DNA from: Marsupella aquatica
Taxonomy: Eukaryota; Plantae; Marchantiophyta
Length of the DNA: 64,000 nucleotides
Reading direction: 5' to 3'
Assembly (NCBI GenBank): GCA_973895155.1
Contig: OZ316894.1
Coordinates: 12,998,828 to 13,062,827, forward strand
Below the pieces are notes generated by a model. The model was given only the letters and a program-made list of their open reading frames with translations. It had not been told where the DNA came from and did not search any database. Below are positions 1 through 11,600 of the stretch, piece by piece. Made by a program: the position numbers and the translations under genes. Position 1 is the first letter of the stretch; each line of letters begins with the position of its first letter.

Positions 1-415
1 TTACTTGGGAAGTCATATCGCCATTATCCTTGCCTGGTACAAGGCACGGCGGGAGGCCAGAGGAAAGAATACGGCCACCTCAGCCCCGGGTAATGTCACC
101 CCCGCCCTAGAGGAGGCAACCCCGACTACGCGGACTACTGTCCCTCGGACAAACCCCGAGCCGGAAGCCCCGACTAATACTCCGCAACCGCCCCCTGTGG
201 AAATTCCACCGCCTCCTTCCGTTGAGCCTCCGCTACCTACAGTACAACCACCCCCAATCCCTCCACCACCTGAAGAAACCTTCCCCTCCCCAGCGCTGAC
301 TACGGAGGAGCTCATTGCCCCTGCCGAGGAACCACCAGTACCCGAGAGGATGGAGGACTACCAAGTAGCCCCGGGGACCATGGCCTACGACCTGGTCCAG
401 AAGTTTAGCCAGACT
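1..415 (+). other. Pro/Glu-rich ORF fragment of unknown, probably retroelement, origin fused to the Gypsy LTR fragment
   Basis: The first ~137 codons of ORF 5..661 are low-complexity. Similarity to the giant LTR starts only at ~420 (aaaagggtcct, cf. 10869). Confidence 0.35.
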
Positions 416-2948
416 ATCTCTCTGAAAAAAGGGTCCTTGCTCCAACTCTTCCCCAAAGATGCTGAGCGCCAACTCTCCACACATTTCCCCGTACTCCATG
501 GCTCTATTTTTAGCATAGGTGGAGGAAGTAGAAGTCATCGACATCATCCACCGCGGCCTGTGCTCCCAAGCCGCCTTGCGGATCTCTTCTATTGTGGCTG
601 GAGGGATGCTTCGTTTTTCTGCAAGCCGCCTGATGTCCTCTGGCCATTCTCCTCCTGGTAAATCCTTTTCCCTAGCCAGGGCTCTCTCCTCTTCCTCCCT
701 GATTTGCTCCTGAAATTCCTGCACCGTTTGTTTTATGCCGTCAAAGCTCGGGGGAGCAACATCTGGTGGGGGAGACTCGGGGCTGCTCTGCTGGCTTGGG
801 TCTCCTCGAACTACTCTTGGGAGCGTGGGGATGAACCGGCCACAGGTCCTTACTCCTGGAACATGATGATCCGACCCGTAGCCGGAGTCATCATTGCTGT
901 AGTCCTCTACCGCCTCCTCCTCGGCTTGGACTACCGGCTTCTCTCGCTGTTCTCCTGGTTTTGTTGTGAACACGGCTTCACCTCTCACCGGTCTTGGTTC
1001 CTCCTCCGGCTTCCGTGTTGATCTCTTGTTCTCCTTGTCGTGGTCGGGAGCTACGGCCTGCTTCTCCTCGGCTTCGGGACTTGAGGCTCCGACATACATC
1101 CGGACTCCCGGCTCATGTTCCGGCCTCCTTCTCTCCTTGACCCCAGTAAAGGGGTTTTCCCTTGTGAGCCGGCTTAGGCCCACCTCTGGATCAGTGTCCT
1201 GCATTGGTGTCGTTGTCGTTGCCATTGCCGTTCTCTTTTCCTTCTCCAGTAATTTCAGCAGATTCTGCATGCCTGGTTGCTGCATCGACAAGTCCTCCGT
1301 CCTTGGCCTAAACACTTGCTCGATTGTAGGACTGTCGGGCGGGTTGGGTTTCTCCATTGCCGGCGTCTGCTCCGAGACCTCCTCCGGTGCTCTTGCCGAT
1401 AGGGGAAGTACTGGGGCAAAGATTTGACTTCTGGCATACCGGCACAACAGCGGCATGTGATAGCCAAGCCGGGACACGCTTCCCACGCCAACCACCTGCT
1501 GTTCCTCCTTCAAGATTTTCTTCAGTTGGTTGAGGAGATACCCGTTGTAATCCCGGCTTGGGTCTGGCCTTTCTGCCAGGTAGACCTGAGCCTTGCCGAT
1601 CTCTGCCCTCGGCAAGTTACAGTGCATGGTTACCCACAAGAAATCGATCATCTCTCCGATGTGCGGGTTGGTGCAGGTGTTCCGGAAGAAGCCATTCTTT
1701 GTTGATGGTCCTGGGAACGACCAAAACTCCTTGTCAGGTAAGGTCTTCCTGGTATCAACCTTGGTCTTATTACCCATCGGCAAGCCAAACACTTCAGCAA
1801 TCACCCGGGGAGTGAGATAGAATTCCTTCCCATACACCCTTGTGGAATTGGTCTCGGACTCCCATGATCCCACGAATTCTAACAAGTCTGAGTCCGGCAC
1901 CTCCGGCTTCAGCCATGGTAATCTTACGAAGGCTTCCAAGCCGGATCCGGCCATGAAGCCTTGGTACTTCTTGGTCTGCATAGCTGTAAAGCATGCATCC
2001 TCCTCTCGTGCAAAGTGTAATTGCACTTCCTCCGGTAGGGTCGCCGTCCAGCCTTTCTAGGTGTCATCGTTTGTTGGAATGGCATTGATGGGGTCGACCT
2101 CCTCCTCCTCGGCTTCTCTCTGCCTCCTGCTCTGCTGTTATGCTGGCTTCTTTGGTGCCGCCGACCTCGTTCTTTTTGCCGGGGTGGCCTCTTCGTTGTT
2201 GTTCCCCTTCCTCTTCATCTCTGCTCCCGTGGATGTCTCTCCTAGCACGGTTGCCTTTGTCCACCCCTCCGTGCTACCCTTCAACTCCCAGTGTATGTTG
2301 TTGCAGCGTTTGATGGCTTCTCGGATGCCGACGACTCTATCTTCGCAAAACAGCAGGTCGTCTAGCTCGTTGCCAGTAGGCGTCCACAGGAATTCAGCCT
2401 TGATGAGTTCCCCTCCTAAGAAAGCAGCTTTCTGCAGCTCCCACAATCGGGCCAGCTCCTGCCATTCCCGAGCTGCTCTCTCCGATTCTCCGTCCTCGTA
2501 AGTCCCAATGTACTCAGTTGTCCATTCGAATAGGCATCCCCAAAAATGTGCCGCTTGATTGACGTTGCTCATACCCTTCTCGAATTGATAGTCGGTATCT
2601 GTTCCCACCCTGAGCGCTTGCCTAAGCAGTTCACAGTAGTTGGCCGCCCGTAGTCGCCTGCCTAGTGCGTGCTTGCAAATGAGCCACTACTCCTCGCGAG
2701 CGGTCCTTACCCCTCTCCTCCTAAGGTTCTCCCTCCCGTTGGTTACCCCTAGCCGCCGGCACTTAGCGTGCCCTAACCCTAATCGTATTCTCTCCCCTGG
2801 CGTCCTTACTTCCGGCCTCGGCTCGGGTTCCATAGTCACCCTTAATTGTTTATATTTTCCTTATTTATGTAACTATACTAAGGTGTTTCAAGGGTACACT
2901 TCCCTTTTCCCCTTAAACTAGCCCAGTGATTCCTGGCTAGGCATCACA
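416..2948 (-). mobile_element. Partial giant coding LTR of the Gypsy family (diverged subfamily), inserted in Copia-3
   Basis: Colinear with ~10860-13310 and ends ctaggcatcaca like the LTRs ending at 13310 and 24202. ORFs 233..2026 and 2138..2608 are broken homologues of the 1210-aa LTR ORF. Confidence 0.9.
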
Positions 2949-3892
2949 TGTTTCTTGCTTTGAAGAAGCTCCCAATGCAATTGATTTGGCTATTTTATGT
3001 AGTACTGTCGCGTTGGTGTGGTCGAAGGTGCTCTTCTGTTGTTTATCTTGTCCTTCGTGTGTATGCTCCCCCTTGCTGTGGTGTTCCACTCGTTGTATCA
3101 ACTCTGGTGGGGCCTCCATATGTATTACTGTATCCAAGTGGCCGTATAGGTAACCCGTCACTATGTCCATTTGGTGCATAGATAAGTTGTGGTGTTGGGA
3201 GAAGGTGATCAGATAGCGGTAGGTAATTACGTCCATCACAGGAGAATACTTGAGGTCGTAATCTTGGCCAGGGATTTGTGTAAAACCCTTTGCTACCAAT
3301 CGGGCCTTGTGTCTGACCACCTCCCCCTGTGCATTTTGTTTCTTCACGAAAGTCCATTTGCATCCCGTCAAGTGAGTGCCTGGGGCTGCTGGTGTAATAG
3401 GGCCGAACACATGGCGTGATATGAGTGAGTCTAATTCCAAGTGAATTTCTTTTTCCCACTCAGGCTAGTCTGGGTGGGTTTGTGCTTCACGAATTGTTTT
3501 TGGGTCTGGTATGTCTTCCTGTATTTGCTGAGATATGTGGAATGTGTTAGAATATATTTAACCCTTAGTCCATATGATGATACAAAGAGGTATGCAATAC
3601 CTAGATATAAAGAGACACAAGACTAGAAGAGGGTAGTTACAACTACCCCAATGTACAACATAAAATAAGTCACATTGGCTTAAAGGAAAATCGATCATCT
3701 TTTGTTGGTGTATGTATATTTTCATAGTTTAACACGTTATCAGCACATGATTTTGCTCCTCCAACTACTCTCGAGCTACTCATAGGCCTCTTATGAATTT
3801 TTCCCTATTCATGTGAACGAAGCATCGAACAAAATTCCCCAAGACACATTTTCTTTTCTTTCGCCAAGTACACCACAAAATTTTCATCAACT

Positions 3893-6800
3893 ATGACAAC
3901 ATTGGAGAAGCTCCAATTCCCATTGCTCGCAACAGATGGCGACAATTATTTATCTTGGGCACAAAATACAGAAATTGTTCTCAACATGAAAGGCCTCGGC
4001 GACATTATCTTAGCAGATATCAATGGCACATTACAACAAAAGGCTCAGGCACTGTATATCATTCGCCATCACCTCACTGCCGAACTACAACTTGAATACC
4101 TTACAGAGTTTAATCCCCGAGCCCTATGGGACGCTCTCAAATTGAGGTTCGACCATCTGCGTCTAATTTCCCTACCAGCAGCACGCAATGAATGGATTCA
4201 TTTATGAGTTCTAGACTACCCTACAATTGCCAAATTCAATAGCGCCTTATTTCGGATAACTGCTCAGCTAGCAGCCTGCGGCGAACCAATCGATGAAGCA
4301 GCAAAGATCGAAAAGAGTCTTTCTACATTCTCGGCAGCGAACATGCAATTATCGCAGATTTATAGACAACGCCATTTCACCCAATTCTCAGATTTGATTG
4401 CAATCATGCTCCTGGCTGAAAAGAATGACCTCCTCCTTTTGAGGAACTCTCGCGAGCGACCACTAGGCACGTTTCCTAAACCGGAAATACAATTCACAAA
4501 TACCAATAGAGGTAATTCCTCTTACAATCGACCTCGTGGCCAATTTAAAGGCAATCCAAGTCGTTTCAATAAATTCCACAAGAGACAACAATTTCGCATA
4601 GACAAAGGCAAAATCTACAAGCCTCCCATGAATTCTTGGTATCGTAACCCCAATCATATGCCAAATAAACTTGCACAAAATTATCCCACAAATAATCAGC
4701 CCAAGTGTTTCCGTTGCGGTGGGATAGGGCATATCCAAAAGAATTGCAGAGTTCAAGCTCACCTAGTCAAACTATACCAGGCCACCCTCACAACATCCAA
4801 CACCTTAACAGCCGCACATCACTTGGAGATCGATGACGATCTCTCCAAATACACGCTTGCACCTCCCCCACCAGAGGTTCATATAGTATCCCATGAAATG
4901 AATGACACATCTCTCGCCGGTGCTGATATTTGCATTCTTGACAGCGGCACTTCTCACTCAATCCTAAAAGACAAATGTTATTTCCAGCACATATACCCAT
5001 CAAATAGACTTGTGACTACTATCACAGGTATAAACCAATTAGAGGAAGGCCATGGACCTGCCCAACTTGCCCTTCCTCAAGGCACAACCATTAAAATTGC
5101 ATCTGCCATATATGCCCCACTCGCAACACGGAACTTACTAAGTTTCCATGATGTCCGCCAAAACAACCTCCATATACGCTCTACACCTGACAACCACATA
5201 AACTCTCTACAGAATTTTCGAGAAACTGATAATGGGCCTATTACACTAGAGACATTACCACTCCATCCCCCCGGCGTTTATGCCACTAAGATCATGTCTT
5301 ACAATTCCCAACGATAACAATTATCCCCCACAGAATTATGGCATATCCGCCTCGGCCACCCAGGCCCAGGGATGTACCATAAAATTATGAAGAACACCAT
5401 TGGCATACCAAAAGGAGTACACCCATCCATGAAGTTAGACACTTGCATCCCTTGTGCACAAGGCAAATTTATCACTCATCCAGCTTCCACTAAAAACACC
5501 TATCAAATCCCTGACTTCCTCTCACAGATCAATGTGGACGTCTGCGGACCTATTGATCCACCGAGTGGACCATTTAGGTGTTTCCTAGTAATGATATGCT
5601 CCTCAACCAAATGGTCCTCTGTTTCTTTAATTTCCACAAGAAACCTTGTCTTTGCCAAACTGCTAACACAACTTATACGTCTTCGCACTCAATTCCCTGA
5701 CTCGCCTACCAAAATAATTCGAATTGATAATGCTGGCGAATTTACATCACCAGCATTCGATGACTTCTGTCAAGTCCTGGGCATCACAATTCAATACTCA
5801 GTACCATATGTACATTTCCAGAATGGTACTGCAGAGGCATTAATAAAACATTTACAGATGATCTCAAGACCTATGCTATTACAGACACAACTCCCACTTA
5901 CAGCCTGGGGACATGCTATACTCCATGGCGCTGCACTACTACGATATAGACCATCGGCTTTTAATATTTACACACCACACCAACTAGCATATGGCTCTAT
6001 ACCAGATATTACACACCTGGAAGTGTTTGGCTGCCTTGTTCTAGTACCCATTCTTGGCCCCAAGCACACCAAGATGGGACCACAGCGTCGACGTGGCATA
6101 TATATTGGCTACGACTCTCCCTCGATAATAAGGTATCTCGAACCCACCATTGCTGATGTGTTTCGAGCTCGATACCAGGACTGTAAATTCTGTGAAGAAA
6201 TCTTCCCAACACTTCTAACTCCAGCACAACTCTCCAAACAACCTGTCTCAACACACACATTAGAATGGACAACAAAGGATCCATTCTGGAATGATCCTCG
6301 TACTCAATTGACAAACGATGAAGTGAAACGCATTCTGAATCTCCATCAAATTATGGAGAAAATACTTGACGCATTTAATGATGCTACAAATGTAACGAAA
6401 TCACATATAGATGCAGCCAATACTCCTGCGAGAATTCATATACCAGATACTCGGGCCACAGACCTCGCTCCCAAGGCTAAGCGAGGCAGACCTTCAGGTT
6501 CCAAAGACTCTAGACCACGACAGAAGACACCTGTATCAACACATTTATCCTTACAATTACCGCCAATTATACAGGATGACAATGAAGAAATCTCCATCCA
6601 CTATATGCATACTGGACATTTATGGCATCAAAATTTAACTAAACCAGATGAGCATTTTGCTTTTCTTATATCCCAGGATATAACTAAAGATTTACCAGAC
6701 CCTCAGACAATTAAAGAAGCACAACAACGACCAGACTGGCCCAAATGGAACTCTGCTATTAACTCCGAGCTTGATTCTCTGATATCTCGCCAAGTTTTTG

Positions 6801-8561
6801 GAGAACTCCGAGTCATCCCTGCTGCACAACACCTAACTGGGTATAGGATTATATTGATACGCAAACATAATGCCGCAGGTGAAGTAATCCGCTACAAAGC
6901 CAGACTTGTGGCTAGAGGCTACACGCAAATATATGGCAAAGATTATGACCTTACTCATTCACCGGTCATGGACTCCATTACCTACCGATATCTGATTGCT
7001 TTTGCCCTCACACATCAAATTCGTATGCATCTTATGGACGTGGTAACTGCTTACCTTTACGGTATACTTGATACTGACATACAAATGCAAACTCCACCTG
7101 AATTAATTCAGAGGGTAATTTTCCACATTAAGGGGGAGCATACAACCTCCCCAACCCCGGACCTAAAGTCGGGTATTGATAAGATTGTCCCTACACAGGA
7201 CTTTAAGGACCACCTCATTCACCCAGGCCAGATGATACCTGCTGAAATACATGACTCATCAGCGGTCCAAAATAACAAGGCCCAGCAAATTGCTAATGGT
7301 GAACAATCAGCGGATTCACCATTGAATTATACTGACTTACTCGCTGAGGTAAATCCTGTTCACCACAGAATCAATAAAGCCAAGAAATCAGAGAAAGCAT
7401 TTGTTGTACAGGTTCTTAGGTCACTCTATGGTTTAAAACAGAGTGGCCGCATCTGGTAGAAACGTTTCTATGCTGAGATGCTTGCACTTGGTTTCGTGAA
7501 TGAGGACATTGCTCCTTGCCTTTTTATCAAAAGACATGGCACTGAATTTATAATCATAGCCATATATGTTGACGACATTAACCTAATGGGTACTAAACTC
7601 ATTATGGATCAAACCATTACCACACTTAAGAGCATATTCGAAATGAAGGATATTGGTCAACCCCTATTTTGTATTGGCATTCAATTCGAACATTTATCCA
7701 GCGGTATTCTTATTCATCAATCTACATATACCAGAAAACTATTAAAACAATTCAACATGGACAAAAGCTATCCAGTCACGACACCTATGGAAATTTGATC
7801 TTCAGACACATCATCTGTATAAGCGCAGGACCGAACACGAACCAATTTTGGGCCCAAAGAAACCTTACCTCTCTGCTATAGGAGCCTTGATGTACCTGGC
7901 AAATCAAACTCGCCCAGACATCTCTTTCGCTGTCCACTTGCTTGCCCGCCACAGCTCCCAACCGACTATTAGACATTGGAATGGCATTAAGAGGATACTG
8001 CGCTACCTTCAAGGTACAATCGACACTGGCCTCTATTACCCTAAAGATGTGCCTAACGAATTGATTGGTTACGCAGATGCAGGTTACCTTACAGACCCCG
8101 ATGATGCGAAATCCCAGATGGGATATGTATTTCTACAAGGACATACAGCCATATCCTGGAAAAGTACCAAGCAGACTTTGACAACCACATCCTCCAACCA
8201 CGCGGAAATCATAGCACTATACGAAGCCAGCCGAGAATGCCTGTGGCTTCGACAGCTTATCAATCACATCCAGTCGTCTACAGGCCATGCAATTCTTACC
8301 AAGCCTACTACCATCTACGAGGATAACAAGCCTTGTGTTGATCAGATAATTAAAGGCTTTATCAAGGGTGACTGAATCAAACATATTGCCCCCAAATTTT
8401 TCCACACACATGAACAGCACGGGGACCAAATCAACGTTCAATGGATACCTTCTAAAGATAATCGCGCTGACCTTTTTACGAAGCCCTTACCTCGCATTCT
8501 CCACGAAGCGCATTCGACTGGAATAGGCCTCCGTAGATTATCGAACTTCACTGCAATCTGA
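3893..8561 (+). pseudogene. Copia-1 gag-pol (gag, CCHC knuckle, PR, IN, RT, RNase H), disrupted
   Basis: CFRCGGIGHIQKNC, ILDSGTSH, VDVCGP/IDNAGEF, YVDD and GYADA motifs. In-frame stops at 4205, 5315, 7457, 7796 and 8373, plus a small frameshifting deletion near 7812 relative to Copia-2. Confidence 0.95.
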
Positions 8562-8641
8562 CTTCCCCACCTCTTCCATAAACTTCTTACTCCATTGCGA
8601 CACGACAATACTGTTTTTCCCCACGATACCTCCTTTGTTCT

Positions 8642-11600
8642 TGTGGTGCGTCCCATGGCTCCCTAAACCCAAGAAACCCCCCAGCTCAAGCCGATTCCCG
8701 CAGGTTTCGTGCTTGGCGAGGCCGTTTCCGCGGCTTAGCGGTATGGGACGCTGCTAACCTTCTACTACTACTATTAACATTTTACACACATATACTGGAC
8801 AGATCCTTCATCGGGTCATGAGATACGTAGCCGGCCTAATATAGGCCTTCCCCTGTCTTCCCCTGTCTTCCCCTCCGTCTTGTTAGGTATGTTTGGATTC
8901 CGCCGCCGGAATGATCCCCAATAGGCTTGGTTAAGCCGCTAAGACCTCTCTTAGCTCGACACATCCAACTCTCACTCCCCTGCTTACTTTCCTTCCTTCT
9001 GTTGATGTGGGCACTCTTCACACAAGTTAATGCGACACACAAATAGCAAAATGACTCATTCTGACTGAGTCATACCATGCACTTGCCATACAAACAGTAT
9101 ATCTCATACACAAGTTCTGCGAACTAAGCCGTGAGGCCAACTCTATTCAGCTCTTAGGCATGAGGAAACATGAATATACACAAGGGTCACTGTATGACTA
9201 ACCGAGAGCTTCTCGTACTACTTGATCCCAGCCCGGCTGGTGCAAACTAAAAACTTGCTAAAGAAGAGGCCCTGAGCTCCCCGCTGCCCAGGTACTTATC
9301 CTGGTAGTGGATCCGCCATTCTTTGCATCGTAAGCCTAATCTACTTAACAGTAATCTACTTGCCCGAATCTACCTATGTACAGCAAGGCAGGAGCACAAG
9401 TGTTGCTCCTACCAGTGGGACCGCAATCCCACTAAGCTAAGTGTCAGGGCCGCTCCTGGTTCTGATCCTAATCCTAAACGTGGAGATCCGCGCCCGCCCT
9501 GCCCACTCACGCCTCCTCCCTCCACGTCCGCCCTCCCTAAAAGGAACGGCGCCCTTGCACCGTCACGACACCGGTGGTGGATCCTTAATGGACGCCCCCA
9601 ACGCTTCCTCCTCAGCCACTGCCGTAGGCTCATTCCCTGATAGATTACCTGCCCTTGACTGAGTCAACTCTCCATCGGCCTGACTGGGTCCACCATCGGC
9701 GTCGGCATCGGCTCGAGAATCGGTTACGGCCTCAGCCTCGGCTACGGTCTCCCCGGCCTGCTCAAGAGGCGGATCTGGAATACTGGCCTCCTTACTGAGT
9801 AGTTCGGCTTGGGCCGCACCATCCCTACCTGTGATCATAGCGGGATCTATTGCCGTATTCATGTCGGAGGATGGTGCTGGTTCTACCTCTTTGGTCACCA
9901 CGGCTTGTGGAGTCGGATTACTCCTTGACCCTGAAGGTTTTCGCTTTTTCTTCTTTTCTGGTTCGGCAGCTGGTCCCTTCCCCTTCCCACTTACCTCCGG
10001 CACTGGTGCAGTTGGCGCGGCTTTTTCTTCGGCCAGTACCACTCCTGGTAACTTGGTTGCCCCAATTGGAGTTGGGCCTGATGAAGACAAGCACCTAAAT
10101 ACTGCGGCTTGTTTCTTCAGCCGCTCTGTTTGGTTGTCGGCCCGCCGCTGGAGGTTCTCCATCTTCCTCGTGATTTCCTCCAACTCCTCCTGGGTCTCAT
10201 CCAGGTCCTTGCGTGCCTCCTCTAGTTCCTTCTGGGCTTCCTCCCGTTCTTGTTTCAAGGTAGTCCTCTCCTCCTGGGTTGCTTTTAGCTCCTTGTCGAG
10301 CTCTCCAATGATGACAGACTCCATCTGGTTCATCTTGGCGTAAGTCTGTTCGAGCATCTCGTCCTTCTCCCTTAGGTCGGCCTTGAAGCTGGCCGTCAGG
10401 GATGCAAGCTCCTGCTGCAGCGCCATAATCCCTTGATAGGATTTCCCTAACTCGGCCTCCTTCTGCTCAAGGGCTCCGCGGATTTTCTCGAGCTCCCCTT
10501 TCAACGCCCATTCCTTTCTTTGGGTCTCCGCCATGGCCCGGCTGTTGGCTGTTATGTGGGCCTCCTCTGTATTCTTCAGCTCTTGCTTCCACTTCTCCCT
10601 CTCTTTGATCGTGTCGGCCAACTCTTCCTGCGTCTGAGTCAGTTTATCCTTGATATTCTGATTATCAGCCTGCGCGGTGTCCAACTGCCCTTGCATGATG
10701 TTCAGCTCATGTCGTTTAATCCGCAGTTCATCTTGGGCTTTCTTGGCCGTCCTTAGATCTTCAATCTCGGCTTCCATCCTCCTAAGCCGCCGAATGACCT
10801 CGTCCTTCTTGCTTCTCTCTAAAGCCACCGCTTCTTCTAATTGGTGCTTCTCCAACTGCTCCCTATGGAAAAAGGGTCCTACCTCCAACTCCTCTCCAAA
10901 GATGTCGAGCGCAAGTTCCCCACACATCTCACCATACTCCATGGCTCTATTCTTAGCGTAGGTGGAGTAAGTAGAAGTGATCGGCATCGCCCATCGCGGC
11001 CTCTGCTCCCAAGCCGTCCTGCGGATCTCTTCAATCGTGGCTAGAGGTTTGCTTCCTTTTTTGGCTAGCCGCCTGATGTCCTCCGGCCAATCTCCTCCTG
11101 GTAAATCCTTTTCCTTAGCCAGGGCGGCCTCCTCCTCCTGCTTGATTCGCTCCTGAAATTCCTGCACCGTCTGTTTTATGCCGTCGGAGCTCGGGGGAGC
11201 AACATCTGGTGGGGGAGACTCAGGGCTACTCTGCTGGTTGGGGTCCCCTCGCACTACCCTTGGAAGTGTGGGGACAAACCGGCCACAGGTCCTTACTCCT
11301 GGAACGTGATGGTCCGACCCATAGCCGGAATTATCATGGCTGCAGTCCTCCACTGCCTCCTCTACCTCTTGGACGTCCGGCTTCTCCTTCTCCTCTTCGT
11401 CGGTAGGAGCTTCAGGCAATTCTGCCTCAGATTCGGAGCTTGAGGTTCCCACGTACATTCGAACACCTGGCTTGGATTCCGGCCTGATTCTCTCCTTGTC
11501 TCCAGCAAAGGGGTTTTCTCTTGTGAGCCGGTGTAGGCCTACCTCTGTAGTAGTGTCCTGCATTGTTGCCGTTGCCGTTGTTGTTGCCGATGCCGATTTC

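Noticed and set aside
7115-7411. RT insertion as a GT-AG intron (agg|gtaatt ... tacag|gtt, in frame)
   Set aside because: Splicing would delete the strand preceding LRSLYG, the region is stop-free in Copia-1, and the donor is not conserved in Copia-3.
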